Shown here: positions 9,171 to 19,465 of the stretch, in pieces
Layout of the letters: each line of letters begins with the position of its first letter
How positions within the stretch are numbered: the first letter of the stretch is position 1
Assembly: GCA_965205855.1 (NCBI GenBank)
Contig: OZ242184.1
Location: 672,001-736,000 of the forward strand
Direction of reading: 5' to 3'
Length of the DNA: 64,000 nucleotides
Origin: Thermodesulfobacteriota bacterium
GTDB lineage: Bacteria; Desulfobacterota_D; UBA1144; Nemesobacterales; Mycalebacteriaceae
Notes under the pieces: generated by a model
Databases searched by the model: none
The model's input: only the letters and a program-made list of their open reading frames with translations
What the model was told of the DNA's origin: nothing
Made by a program: the position numbers and the translations under genes

Positions 9171-10597
9171 TTGTCCAATCCTTCCGCGAGTATTTTTTTA
9201 ATCTCTTCGTTCACCGTTTTCGGGTTCGCCTTGCCTTTTGTCATTTTCATCACTCCGCCGACAAAAAATCCCATGAGTTTTTCCTCTCCCCCCCGAAACC
9301 TTTTCGCCTCTGCGGGGTGAAGGGAGACAAACTCTCTTGCTATTTTACCGATTTCTCCGCTGTCTGACAGTTGCGAAAGCCCGGACGCCTCAACAATCTC
9401 AGCCGCCGTTTTCCCAGTTTCCGCCATTTGCGGAAATATCTCCTTGGCAATTTTTCCGCTTATTTTTCCGTTTTTTATCATCTCAATCATCCCGCCGAGG
9501 TTTTTTGCGGAGACCGGAAAATCTCCCGCGTTTCCTTCGGTGTGTCCGAGGACGTTTGTCAGTATCCAGTTCGCGGTTTCTCCGGGCATGCCGCTGTGTT
9601 TTGCCGCCGCTTCAAAGTAGTCCGCCAGTTTGCGCTCCGCCGTTAGTCTTTTGGCGTCTTCGGGTTTTATTCCGTAATCGTTTTCAAACCTTTTTATTTT
9701 CTCCCCGTGTAGCTCGGGGAGGGAGTTCTTTAACTTTTCAACCCAGCCATTTTCAACCACAAGCGGTGGCAGGTCGGGGTCGGGGAAATATCTGTAATCT
9801 TCGGCTTCCTCTTTTGAGCGCATAAGAAATGTTTTTCCGCTGTCGGGGTTGAACAGGCGGGTTTGCTGAGAAAGTTTTTCGCCGTTTTGCAAAGCCGCAA
9901 TTTGCCTTGCCGTTTCATACTCAAGGGCTTTTTTGATGAATCTGAAAGAGTTGAGGTTTTTAATTTCTATTTTAACTCCGAGTTTGCCGCATCCCGCGGG
10001 GCGCACGGAAATATTGGCGTCGCACCTGAGGTTTCCGCTCTCCATGTTGCCGTCGCAAGAGCCCGTGTAGCGTAGAATTTGGCGCAGAGTCCGCACATAT
10101 TCCACGGCTTCATCGGGCTGGCGCAAGTCCGGTTCGCTCACAATTTCAATCAGCGCCACCCCGGCGCGGTTGAGGTCAACCAGACTCAAGTTTCCAGAAT
10201 ACACGAGTTTTCCCGCGTCTTCCTCCATGTGTATCCGGGTTATGCGGATTTTTTTCACTTCTCCGCCGGATTCAATTACAATCCATCCGCCCACCGCGAG
10301 AGGCTTTTCGTATTGTGAGATTTGATAACCTTTCGGCAGGTCTGGGTAGAAGTAGTTTTTCCGTTCAAAACGTGAAACGCGGTTAATTTCGCAGTTTGTC
10401 GCAACCCCCGCTTTTACGGCGAGCTCAACCGCTTTTTTGTTCAAAACCGGCAGAACTCCGGGCATTCCGAGGCAAACCGGAGAGACATTGGTATTCGGCT
10501 CCGCATCCGAACCAACGGGAGCGTCTGAAAAGATTTTTGATTCTGTGAGAAGTTGGGCGTGGACTTCAAGCCCTATTACGGTTTCGTAATCAGCCAT
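9167..10597 (-). CDS. gatB: Asp/Glu-tRNA amidotransferase subunit B
   Basis: IGLEVHAQL, RKNYFYPDLPKGYQISQ, YRYFPDPDL. Confidence 0.97.
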   Translation of the reverse strand: MADYETVIGLEVHAQLLTESKIFSDAPVGSDAEPNTNVSPVCLGMPGVLPVLNKKAVELAVKAGVATNCEINRVSRFERKNYFYPDLPKGYQISQYEKPLAVGGWIVIESGGEVKKIRITRIHMEEDAGKLVYSGNLSLVDLNRAGVALIEIVSEPDLRQPDEAVEYVRTLRQILRYTGSCDGNMESGNLRCDANISVRPAGCGKLGVKIEIKNLNSFRFIKKALEYETARQIAALQNGEKLSQQTRLFNPDSGKTFLMRSKEEAEDYRYFPDPDLPPLVVENGWVEKLKNSLPELHGEKIKRFENDYGIKPEDAKRLTAERKLADYFEAAAKHSGMPGETANWILTNVLGHTEGNAGDFPVSAKNLGGMIEMIKNGKISGKIAKEIFPQMAETGKTAAEIVEASGLSQLSDSGEIGKIAREFVSLHPAEAKRFRGGEEKLMGFFVGGVMKMTKGKANPKTVNEEIKKILAEGLDK

Positions 10598-10814
10598 GAC
10601 GGGAGTTTTTCAGAAATCGGTTCGGTAAAGGGTGAAGGATAGGGCGGGTTTGTCAAGCATAAACGTTACGGCGATGTCCCACTTTCACAACGGTTACTGT
10701 TATAACGCTGTCGTCAATTTTATAGATAACTCTGTAATCTCTGTGCCTGATTTTGTATTCATTTTTCCTACCCTTTAATTTTTTGTCCAAACGCAGTGTA
10801 TAGTAGTTTTCCTT

Positions 10815-11669
10815 ATGACCCAATCAAATCCCAATCTTCCCGAACAGAGCGGAAACTGTAAGGAAATCTTCGAACTTACGGCTCTTATCTCCGCAATGGG
10901 GGCGGGGCTACTTTCCAATGAAATTGAAGATTTAAAAATAGAGATGGGTCTTTTTCTCGGAGAATACAATTCAAAGGTCGGCGATCTCTATGTGGAACTT
11001 GACAGGGTTAAACTGCAAATTCTTGAATACGAGTTGAGAAAAAAGATTGCGGAAAGCGCGGAATTGGATGAGTCAGGCAAAGATATTGAGGAAGAAGTAA
11101 GCGAAGCGTTTGCCAATGAGCGTGAAAAGATTGAGCAAATGGAAAATGAAGCGTCTGAGTCTTCCAAAAAGCGTGAGGAAAATATTGAGCGTGAAAAACA
11201 CCGTTCCGGCCTTGACGAAAATATAGCAGGGGAAATTAAAAAGATATACCGCGAACTCGCGTCCAAATTTCACCCCGGCAGGGCGAAAGATGAGGAATCA
11301 AAGTTAAAAAATCAGGAAGTCATGAAAAAAATCAATGTCGCTTACGAAGAGGGTGATTTGGAAACTCTTAAAAAATACCGCCGTCAGGCTGACGAAGAGG
11401 AAAAGGTTGAAAGAGAAACTCCCGAAGAAAATTTTGAGCGTTTGAAAAGTGAATATAAAGATGTTTTGAAACTTGTTGAAAAGCTTCAACCGGAGCTTCA
11501 AAATCTGAAAGAGAGCGACACATATAAGCTGAAAGAAAGAGTTAAAGAAGCCAAAGAACTTGGCAAAGATGTTCTTGCGGAATTGGTTGAGAAATTAAAA
11601 GGCGAAATAGAAGAAAATCAGGCAATTCTTCAAGGCCGGATTGCGGAATATGAGGAAGCGCTTCCATGA
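10815..11669 (+). CDS. Coiled-coil protein with internal J-like domain (HPG in place of HPD)
   Basis: IKKIYRELASKFHPG...MKKINVAYE; E/K-rich coiled coils; AT-rich islet. Confidence 0.65.
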   Translation: MTQSNPNLPEQSGNCKEIFELTALISAMGAGLLSNEIEDLKIEMGLFLGEYNSKVGDLYVELDRVKLQILEYELRKKIAESAELDESGKDIEEEVSEAFANEREKIEQMENEASESSKKREENIEREKHRSGLDENIAGEIKKIYRELASKFHPGRAKDEESKLKNQEVMKKINVAYEEGDLETLKKYRRQADEEEKVERETPEENFERLKSEYKDVLKLVEKLQPELQNLKESDTYKLKERVKEAKELGKDVLAELVEKLKGEIEENQAILQGRIAEYEEALP

Positions 11670-12371
11670 GTGAGAGAAATAAATCCGTTGTTCCAAAAGG
11701 TTCTTCCTCTGTTGTGGAGTTTGACCCTCAAGGGCATAAAGAACTTGTTTTAAGAGGGCTTTCAGATATTGAGGCGGTTGAGGGTGTTTCCTTTCCACTT
11801 ACTAAAGAGTTTTGGAAAAAAGCGACATTGGAAGAAGTAGAGGGTTTGATAAATAGAGGCGGCAGATGTGAACGCAAGGAATAAATACGGCTGGACGGCT
11901 CTGATGGATGCGGCATCTAACAACAATAACGCTGAAGTTACCACAGTTCTCATTCAAAACGGCGCAGATGTGAACGCAAGGGATAAAAAAGGCAACACGG
12001 CTCTGAGGATTGCGGCATTGGACAACAATAACGCTGAAGTTACCACAGCTCTCATTCAAAACGGCGCAGATGTGAACGCAAGGGATAAAAAAGGCAACAC
12101 GGCTCTGAGGATTGCGGCATCTAAGAATAACCCTGAAGTTATAACAGCTCTTATTAAAAGAGGCGCAGATGTGAACGCAAGGAATGAAGGCGGCAAGACG
12201 GCTCTGAGGATTGCGGCATCTAAGAATAACCCTGAAGTTATAACAGCTCTTATTAAAAGCGGCGCAGATGTGAACGCAAGGGATGAAGACGGCAAGACGG
12301 CTCTGATGGATGCGGCATCTAACAATAACCCTGAAATTGCACAAATTCTCAAAGAGTCTGGGGCTAAGTGA
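11666..12371 (+). pseudogene. Ankyrin-repeat protein interrupted by a +1 frameshift near 11861
   Basis: ORF 11666-11884 and ORF 11868-12371 join if one G is removed (ggcGgcagatgtg versus repeat consensus ggcgcagatgtg); GADVNARD-G-TAL repeats. Confidence 0.8.
11858..12345 (+). repeat. Five near-identical tandem 99-102 bp ankyrin-coding repeats
   Basis: Unit marker gcagatgtgaacgcaagg recurs; units start near 11858, 11961, 12063, 12162, 12261. Confidence 0.9.
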
Positions 12372-12652
12372 AAGTGTTTTTTGTTAAACAATAAGGAGTA
12401 AGTTTATAAGAAAAAATTGTAATGCCATTGAACTCATAAAAAGCAGGGTAGGTTCTAAAATAACTAACATTCTTCATTTTTCTCTGCTTTGGGCTTTATT
12501 TGAAGATAATGCCTGTAAGACAGATGCTCAAAAAACAAAATAGGCGAATTTGTGTATTGCAAACTCAATGATTCCCGAAAACAATTGAAGAAAAGGATTT
12601 TGATGCTTTTTACCAACGTTATGGTTTTGCTAAAGTAGATAAATTTCTTTCC

Positions 12653-13306
12653 TTACTTCAAGACCACTCCCGTTTTCTCACTCCAAAGCAACAAATCAAT
12701 CTCATCAATATCAAACCCGTTCCGTTTCGCGTAGCGTTTTAATTTCCCTTCAATCTCAACATACCGCTTCCCATTTGTCGGCGGTTTCGGGTCGTCAACA
12801 ACCTTTAACTCAAACAGACAGTTCATTATGTGCTTGTCCAAAATCGCGTAGCCGGAAAAACCTATGTTTCGCAGGAAGTGACTCGCCTCTTTGAAGCCAA
12901 TGCCCTTTATGTCTCTGTTTGCCGCGAAAAACTCCCGCCTTTCGTTCGGGGTTTTGAAGGAAAGAATCAGGTCTTTCATTTTCAACCCGTGAGTTTCGGA
13001 AAGGTAGTCTCTTGTGTGTAGAAGATAACGCGCTCTCTCATTGGGAAATCTGTGTGCTCCGTTTTTAATGAGCAACTTTGAAAACTGTTTGTCCGATTTC
13101 GCGGAAAACATAACGGGACGCACGGCTTCAATGGATTTTATTCCCATCTTCGCGCTCGCTCCGGCGGTGAATATGCAAAACGCGAGCTCCTCAAATAATT
13201 TCCTGTCATCCGCCCGTTTAATTATTTTGCGAAACTCAGAGAGTTTTGCGCGTATCTCTTTCCGCTTCTCGGGCAGAGATTTTTTCAGTATTTTTGTTGT
13301 CGTCAT
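12653..13306 (-). CDS. ogg: 8-oxoguanine DNA glycosylase/AP lyase (Ogg2, Thermotoga/archaeal type)
   Basis: ELAFCIFTA, HRFPNERA, HhH IKGIGFKEASHFLRNIG, AILDKHI. Confidence 0.85.
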   Translation of the reverse strand: MTTTKILKKSLPEKRKEIRAKLSEFRKIIKRADDRKLFEELAFCIFTAGASAKMGIKSIEAVRPVMFSAKSDKQFSKLLIKNGAHRFPNERARYLLHTRDYLSETHGLKMKDLILSFKTPNERREFFAANRDIKGIGFKEASHFLRNIGFSGYAILDKHIMNCLFELKVVDDPKPPTNGKRYVEIEGKLKRYAKRNGFDIDEIDLLLWSEKTGVVLK

Positions 13307-13317
13307 TAAAAACGGGC

Positions 13318-13360
13318 AAAAAAAAAACCGGCGGGTTTTACGCCGCCGGTTTTTTGTTTT
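13318..13360. terminator. Rho-independent terminator hairpin, potentially bidirectional
   Basis: A-run, CCGGCGG-loop-CCGCCGG, T-run immediately after the thiolase stop. Confidence 0.8.
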
Positions 13361-14762
13361 ATGACTTTCTCGGTCTTCCGGGCCCGCGACGCTTCGCGCC
13401 CGATACCTTCGGTCTTCCGGGTCCGCGTTTTGCCTTCATACCCGAACCTTTGGGTCTTCCGGGCCCGCGTTTTGCTCCGGGCTTTGGTCCCGGTTTCGCT
13501 TTCACGCCCGAACCTTTGGGTCTTCCGCGTCCGCGTCTTCCCGAAGAGGAGGGAGCCGAAACCGAAGAACCACCCAGTTTCTCAACTATCATTGCTATTC
13601 CCATTCCGCCGCCAATGCACAGAGCGGCAAGCCCACGTTTTGCAGAACTTCTTTTTCTCATCTCATGCAGAAGTTTTACAAGAACAACCGTTCCCGACGC
13701 TCCGATCGGATGGCCAAGCGCAATGGCACCTCCGTTCACGTTGGTTTTGCTTTCAGGAATCGGCAGGTCGCTCAAAACCGCGAGAGACTGAGCCGCAAAC
13801 GCCTCGTTAAGCTCAAACAGGTCTATATCGTCAAGAGACATGTTCGCCTTGTCCAGCGCTTTGCGGATTGCCGGCACGGGTCCGACTCCCATTATTGAAG
13901 GGTCAACCGCCGCGACCGCGTAAGACACAATTGCCGCAAAAGGGGCAAGCCCCAACTGCTTTGCTTTTGTTTCGGAAGTTACAAGCGCCGCCGCCGCTCC
14001 ATCGTTAATTCCCGAAGCGTTGCCCGCCGTTACGGTTCCGCCGACTTTGAACACCGGACGCATTCCCGCAAGAGCTTGCTGAGTAACCTCAGGGCGCGGA
14101 TGCTCGTCAACCTTGAAGTCAATCGGGTCCTGCCGTCTCCGAGGAACCGACACGGGAACAATTTCATTTGTGAACCTTCCGGACTCCAGAGCGGCTTTTG
14201 TTTTCATCTGGCTTTTATACGCAAATTCGTCCTGCTCCTCTTTTGACAGATTATAGGATTCCGCGAGGTTTTCCGCCGTAACTCCCATGTGGTAGTCATT
14301 GAAAACGTCCCACAGTCCGTCATTTACCATTCCGTCTATCAGCTCGTCCTTCGGCATAGCCATTCTGTAGCCGTATCTGGCTTTGGTCAGATAAAACGGC
14401 GTCTGGCTCATATTCTCTATTCCGCCCGCCACTATCGTGTCCGCGTCTCCGGCTTTTATCGCCTGCGCCGCAAACGCGACACTCTGAAGCCCCGAACCGC
14501 ACACCCTGTTGAGAGTTATGCCGGGAATGTCCGTTCCAAGACCGGACTTGACCGCGACCTGTCTTGAAGGGTTTTGCCCGAGACCGGCGCCGAGAACATT
14601 TCCCATTATGCAATCATCAACCTCTTTGGGGTCAATTCCCGTTCCGGCGATAACGTCATTGACAACTTTTACTCCCAGTTCAACTGCGGGAATGTCTTTC
14701 AAGGTTCCCCCGAATCCGCCGATTGCCGTTCTGACGGGGTGGGAAATTACAACTTTTTCCAT
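13359..14762 (-). CDS. Acetyl-CoA C-acetyltransferase (thiolase) with C-terminal basic GRP-repeat tail
   Basis: [30 protein letters not shown]; followed by about 65-70 aa Ser/Arg/Gly/Pro/Lys tail. Confidence 0.93.
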   Translation of the reverse strand: MEKVVISHPVRTAIGGFGGTLKDIPAVELGVKVVNDVIAGTGIDPKEVDDCIMGNVLGAGLGQNPSRQVAVKSGLGTDIPGITLNRVCGSGLQSVAFAAQAIKAGDADTIVAGGIENMSQTPFYLTKARYGYRMAMPKDELIDGMVNDGLWDVFNDYHMGVTAENLAESYNLSKEEQDEFAYKSQMKTKAALESGRFTNEIVPVSVPRRRQDPIDFKVDEHPRPEVTQQALAGMRPVFKVGGTVTAGNASGINDGAAAALVTSETKAKQLGLAPFAAIVSYAVAAVDPSIMGVGPVPAIRKALDKANMSLDDIDLFELNEAFAAQSLAVLSDLPIPESKTNVNGGAIALGHPIGASGTVVLVKLLHEMRKRSSAKRGLAALCIGGGMGIAMIVEKLGGSSVSAPSSSGRRGRGRPKGSGVKAKPGPKPGAKRGPGRPKGSGMKAKRGPGRPKVSGAKRRGPGRPRKS

Positions 14763-14898
14763 TAAATAATCCTCCTTCTATATTGTTCAAATTATCGGTA
14801 ATTTGATACGCAAAATTTACACAAATTAATTTAATAACACAAAAACAAAATTATAAATAAATCGATTTGCTGTTAGTTTAACGGCGGAGATTTATTCC

Positions 14899-16032
14899 GT
14901 GGCAGTCAAAAACACATCCGCAGGTAAAACCGCGAAACGGAAAACCATTGCGGTTTTTTTCGGCGGGCGTTCCGCCGAACATGAAGTTTCGCTACTGTCC
15001 GCACGTTCGGTGATTGACAACATTGACCGCTCGCGCTTTTCGGTGCTCGCGGTTTTTGTCGACAGAAACGGAAGGTGGAGGAAAGCCGATGCGGACAGTT
15101 TTGCAATCCGGGGAGTTCTGCCGCCCGAAGCCTCCGCGATTCTTGCTCCCGTTCCCGGAGGGGGCCCTCTTTATGAGATTGAAAACGGAAATGTTTCGCT
15201 AACCCGCGCCGTTGACGCTGTCTTTTCCTTGGTTCACGGAACAGACGGAGAAGACGGGGTGATACAGGGGGTTTTTGAATCATGGGACATCCCGTACGTC
15301 GGCGCGCGCGTGACCGGCTCCGCGATCGCGGCGGATAAACTTACGGCAAAACGGCTTTTACAAAACGCCGGTCTTCCGGTTGTCCGTTTCGCAGCGGTTG
15401 AAAAAAGCGACTGGCACGCGAATGGAGACTCCGTAATTACGCAAGCCGCAGACCAGGTCGGGGTTCCGTGTTTTGTCAAACCTTCCAACCTCGGCTCAAG
15501 CATAGGCATCTACAAAATTGAAAATCCGGATGACATCGCGCCCTTTGCCGTGAAAAGTTTTGAGTTTTCCGACACCGTTATTTTTGAAAGCGCGGTGCCG
15601 GACGCGAGGGAAATAGAAGTGAGCGTCCTTGGTCTGGACAAACCCGAAATATCCGTTCCGGGCGAGATAGTTCCCGCCGGGGATTTCTATGATTACAACT
15701 CAAAATACCGTGATACGGGAAGTAAACTTCTCATTCCCGCTTTCCTGCCGCCGGATATCAGAGAAAACGTCCGCACCGCCGCGGGAGAAACCTTTGCCGC
15801 TCTTCGCTGCACGGGGATGGCGAGGGTTGATTTTCTTTTGGACTCCAAAACCGGAGAGTTTTTTGTGAGCGAATTGAACTCAATTCCGGGATTCACCTCA
15901 ATAAGTATGTATCCCAAACTTTGGGAGGCGAGCGGGGTGCCGTATCCCGATTTGATAAGCCGTCTTATTGATATCGCGTTTGAGTGTGCGTTGCGGAAAA
16001 AAAACCTGAATATTGAATACAAGGGCACGTGA
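14899..16032 (+). CDS. ddl: D-alanine--D-alanine ligase
   Basis: GGRSAEHEVS, HGTDGEDG, GSSIG, ELNSIPGFT. Confidence 0.95.
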   Translation: MAVKNTSAGKTAKRKTIAVFFGGRSAEHEVSLLSARSVIDNIDRSRFSVLAVFVDRNGRWRKADADSFAIRGVLPPEASAILAPVPGGGPLYEIENGNVSLTRAVDAVFSLVHGTDGEDGVIQGVFESWDIPYVGARVTGSAIAADKLTAKRLLQNAGLPVVRFAAVEKSDWHANGDSVITQAADQVGVPCFVKPSNLGSSIGIYKIENPDDIAPFAVKSFEFSDTVIFESAVPDAREIEVSVLGLDKPEISVPGEIVPAGDFYDYNSKYRDTGSKLLIPAFLPPDIRENVRTAAGETFAALRCTGMARVDFLLDSKTGEFFVSELNSIPGFTSISMYPKLWEASGVPYPDLISRLIDIAFECALRKKNLNIEYKGT

Positions 16033-16047
16033 ATGCTTTGGAGAAAT

Positions 16048-17004
16048 CTATTTTCCCATAATTTTCCCTATGATCAGCGCCTCCGTTTTCTCGTCTCTGA
16101 ACATTACGAGGAAAACCACTCCGATGATGATGCACGCTCCACCGAGCAGTTTGGCGGTTGACGGAATGGTGTCAAAAAAGACTAGCGAGAGAAGCACAAC
16201 AAACAGGGATTCAAGCGGCATAACCGCCGTGCTCCGGGAAAGACCGAGAAGTCTTATGGAATAAAACTGCAGCGACTTCGCTATGTAGGCGCCGCAAGTG
16301 CCGCCCGCCGCCATGAGAAGCAGCTCTCTGGTTCCGGGAATCTGAAGAGTTCCCGATGCCATCAGATAAACAAGCAAAATCACCGAAACTCCCATTGTTC
16401 TCATTGTTGACACGGTCAGCATATTAAGTCCCCTGCGCACCGCGAGCGTTCTTACCCAGAACGAAACCATTGAATAGCAAAGCGCGGAAACAAGCACCGC
16501 CGCCACGCCGAGCAGCAGATATTGGTCTTTATGGTAAGTAACTACTATTCCGCCGGCGACCGTTAGCCCTATTCCGACCGCTTCTCCCCTGCCTATAGTT
16601 TCACGCAGAAACACCACTCCGAGTAGCAATGAGAAAAGAGTTTGAGCTTTCATAAGAAAGGAGGTCAGCGCGGGCCCTATTATCCAGAGCGCTTTGACCC
16701 AAAGCACGCCTCCGACTGAGGTAAAAAGCGAAGTCAGAATCAGTATGGTTCCGTATTTCCGCAAATTCTTTAATTCATGTTTCTGGGAAGGAATAATGAC
16801 GGATACCGAAAAAGCGGTGATTGCCGCGCCGAAAAACCAGAAAAAAGTTGTTGACGCCGTGCCGATGTTGTCGCTTGAGATGCCCAGATGTTTGCCTATC
16901 AGATATGAAAGGGCGGTAAAAAGAGCCGTTCCCACTATGAATATGTAACCCTTGAGCGGAAATTCTTCGTCACGATTCGCAGAATCTGTGACTGAAGCGC
17001 TCAA
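16048..17004 (-). CDS. DMT/EamA family transporter
   Basis: About 10 hydrophobic segments in two EamA-like halves. Confidence 0.8.
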   Translation of the reverse strand: MSASVTDSANRDEEFPLKGYIFIVGTALFTALSYLIGKHLGISSDNIGTASTTFFWFFGAAITAFSVSVIIPSQKHELKNLRKYGTILILTSLFTSVGGVLWVKALWIIGPALTSFLMKAQTLFSLLLGVVFLRETIGRGEAVGIGLTVAGGIVVTYHKDQYLLLGVAAVLVSALCYSMVSFWVRTLAVRRGLNMLTVSTMRTMGVSVILLVYLMASGTLQIPGTRELLLMAAGGTCGAYIAKSLQFYSIRLLGLSRSTAVMPLESLFVVLLSLVFFDTIPSTAKLLGGACIIIGVVFLVMFRDEKTEALIIGKIMGK

Positions 17005-17007
17005 TTT

Positions 17008-17424
17008 CTACTTAATACCCCGCGCGCCGAGCGCGAGTTTTGTGTAACCCGCCGCCTTTACCGAAGCCATGATGTCGACAATGGTTCCGTGCGAGACGTT
17101 TTCTTCCGCCTTGATAACGGCGGTCGCGGATTTGTCGGGAGATTGTCTGAGCGATTCACCGAGCCCCTTGAGAGAAACCAGTCTTTCATTCAGAAAAATT
17201 CTTCCGTCTTCATAAACCGAGACTATTACTTTTTCCTCTTTTACGTTTTCCACCGGAGAGCCCACTTCGGGGACTTTTATCTGAATTCCCCTGACCGCGG
17301 GCGTGAAGTTGAGAGAAAGCGCGAAAAATATAAGCAGGTTGAAAACAACATCCACAATCGGGGTGAGGTCAAGGTGGTTTGAAAAACCGCGTTTTTTTGA
17401 GAGCCGCGCGCCGCGTTTTTTCAT
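17008..17424 (-). CDS. exbD: ExbD/TolR family protein
   Basis: DLTPIVDVVFNLLIFF motif. Confidence 0.88.
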   Translation of the reverse strand: MKKRGARLSKKRGFSNHLDLTPIVDVVFNLLIFFALSLNFTPAVRGIQIKVPEVGSPVENVKEEKVIVSVYEDGRIFLNERLVSLKGLGESLRQSPDKSATAVIKAEENVSHGTIVDIMASVKAAGYTKLALGARGIK

Positions 17425-18050
17425 TTTCCGTTCCCCGGCACTTCAATCGCCTTAAGCGCTTCGCCCGATGATTGTTCAAGATGGAATATGACGGCTTCGT
17501 ATTTTCCCGATAGGTATTTGTATGCGATAAAAACCGGTATCGCCACTCCGAGCCCCAGGGCGGTTGTGTAAAGCGCCTCGGATATTCCGCCCGCGAGCAA
17601 AGCGGGATTGACTTCAATGTCAAGCGAAATAACGCCGAATATTTTTATCATTCCCGATATGGTTCCGAGCAGACCGAGCAATGTGCTTATGCTGCTTATC
17701 GCTCCGAGCATTTCAATATGGGAATACAGATCAAGCGCCTCATTTTCGAGAGACTGCTCCGTAAGTTCCCCCGCCTCTCTTTTTTCCCCGCCCGCCTCAA
17801 TGGCCACAAGACACACGCGCGCTATCGGGGAGTTGTTTTCTTCGCACAAGGCTTTTGCCCCGTCCAATTCGCCTTTTTCCGCGAGGCGTACAATCGCCCG
17901 CACAAAATTCCCCGGGGCGACTTTTGATTCCCTGAGAAAATAAATTTTTTCAATAAACAGCGCCGTTCCAATAACCGAGCACAGGGCTATCGGGTAGAAA
18001 AACAGACCGGACTTGCCCACTATTTCAAAAACCGCTTCCGCTCCGCTCAT
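17421..18050 (-). CDS. exbB: MotA/TolQ/ExbB proton channel protein
   Basis: LLGLLGTISGMI, GGISEALYTTALGLGVAIP. Confidence 0.88.
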   Translation of the reverse strand: MSGAEAVFEIVGKSGLFFYPIALCSVIGTALFIEKIYFLRESKVAPGNFVRAIVRLAEKGELDGAKALCEENNSPIARVCLVAIEAGGEKREAGELTEQSLENEALDLYSHIEMLGAISSISTLLGLLGTISGMIKIFGVISLDIEVNPALLAGGISEALYTTALGLGVAIPVFIAYKYLSGKYEAVIFHLEQSSGEALKAIEVPGNGK

Positions 18051-19342
18051 CCGTTTTCTCCCTCTGCGGAGCGTGCGATTTTTTCGCCTCGTATCATGTC
18101 CTCAAAGTTTTCCCTCTCTCTTACGATTTGAAAATCGTTTTCTCTTACAAGCGTCTCCGCCGCGCGCGGTCTTGTGTTGTAGTTTGAAGACATTGTGAAA
18201 CAGTATGCGCCCGCGCTCATAACCGCAATTAACTCGTCCCGTTCCACAAGCGGAAAATCTCTGTCAGTCGCAAAAAAATCACCCGATTCGCACACGGGGC
18301 CCACGATGTCGGTTTTTTCCGTTTTCTCTCCGCTTCTGTCCTTCAAAGGAACTATTTCATGATGCGAGCCGTAGAAAGCCGGACGCAAAAGGTCGTTCAT
18401 GGCGGCGTCCACGACTATGAATTTTTTTTCGCTTCCGCGTTTTATGTAACGAGCGCACGAGATCAGCAAACCGGCGTTTGCCACAAGCGACCTTCCGGGC
18501 TCGAGAACAAGTTTGCACTTTGCGCCCTTCATAAGTTTTTCCACGGCTTGTGCAAAACCGCCAAGCGGGGGAGGAGAATCATCCTCCCCGTAGCGCACGC
18601 CGAACCCGCCGCCGATATCCATATAGCCGACTTCAATTCCGTGTTTTTTAAGTTTGAAAAGTAGCCCGAGCAGTTTTTCAACCGAATCCTCAAACGAGGA
18701 AATCTCCAATATCTGCGACCCTATGTGCGCGTCAATTCCCCTGATTTCAATTCCCTCCATTGACTCCGCGCGCAGATAGGTTTCCTCCGCCTCGCGCATG
18801 TCTATTCCAAATTTGCTTTTTTTGAAACCCGTTGAGATATAGGGGTGGGTTTTCGGGTCTATGTCCGGATTAACGCGCAGTGAAACCGGAGCTTTGGCTC
18901 CCATTTCCATCGCCGTCTCATTGATGGTCTCAAGTTCCTGACCGGACTCAACATTAAAAAACAGTATCTTTTTTTCAATCGCGAGTTTTATCTCGTCTTT
19001 ACTTTTGCCGACTCCGGAGAAAACGGTTTTTTTTAAGTCTCCGCCCGCTTTTTCAACCCTAAGTATTTCCCCGCCGGATACAACATCAAAGCCGGCTCCG
19101 AGTCCCGCAAAAAGCGAGAGTACCGACAGGTTTGAGTTCGCTTTGACCGAATAGCATATCAGGGGCGAGAGGGAGCGGAAAGCGGTTTCATACGCGCGGT
19201 ATGAATCTTCAAAAGCCCGCGAGCTGTAGACATAACAAGGCGTTCCGACCGCCTCAGCTATGCGCGAAAGAGGCGTGTCTTCAATAAACAGTTCGCCTTC
19301 CCTGTAGGAGGCGCAATGAGTTGGAATAAAGGGTTTGCTCAT
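18047..19342 (-). CDS. lysA: Diaminopimelate decarboxylase
   Basis: YSVKAN, HIGSQ, EPGR, GPVCESGD, MSSNYN. Confidence 0.96.
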   Translation of the reverse strand: MSKPFIPTHCASYREGELFIEDTPLSRIAEAVGTPCYVYSSRAFEDSYRAYETAFRSLSPLICYSVKANSNLSVLSLFAGLGAGFDVVSGGEILRVEKAGGDLKKTVFSGVGKSKDEIKLAIEKKILFFNVESGQELETINETAMEMGAKAPVSLRVNPDIDPKTHPYISTGFKKSKFGIDMREAEETYLRAESMEGIEIRGIDAHIGSQILEISSFEDSVEKLLGLLFKLKKHGIEVGYMDIGGGFGVRYGEDDSPPPLGGFAQAVEKLMKGAKCKLVLEPGRSLVANAGLLISCARYIKRGSEKKFIVVDAAMNDLLRPAFYGSHHEIVPLKDRSGEKTEKTDIVGPVCESGDFFATDRDFPLVERDELIAVMSAGAYCFTMSSNYNTRPRAAETLVRENDFQIVRERENFEDMIRGEKIARSAEGENG

Positions 19343-19465
19343 TTTTCGGAGTAAGACCGTATCCTACATTACATTGGTGGCGCAAGCGAATTGAAAAACA
19401 ACCGCCGGAAAAAGCGCGTTCCGGCATTTATTTTTTACCCTTCACCCTTCATAATAGAAGCTCCA

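Noticed and set aside
11858-12345. CRISPR array
   Set aside because: Repeat units are about 100 bp, in frame and ankyrin-coding, without unique spacers; no cas genes.
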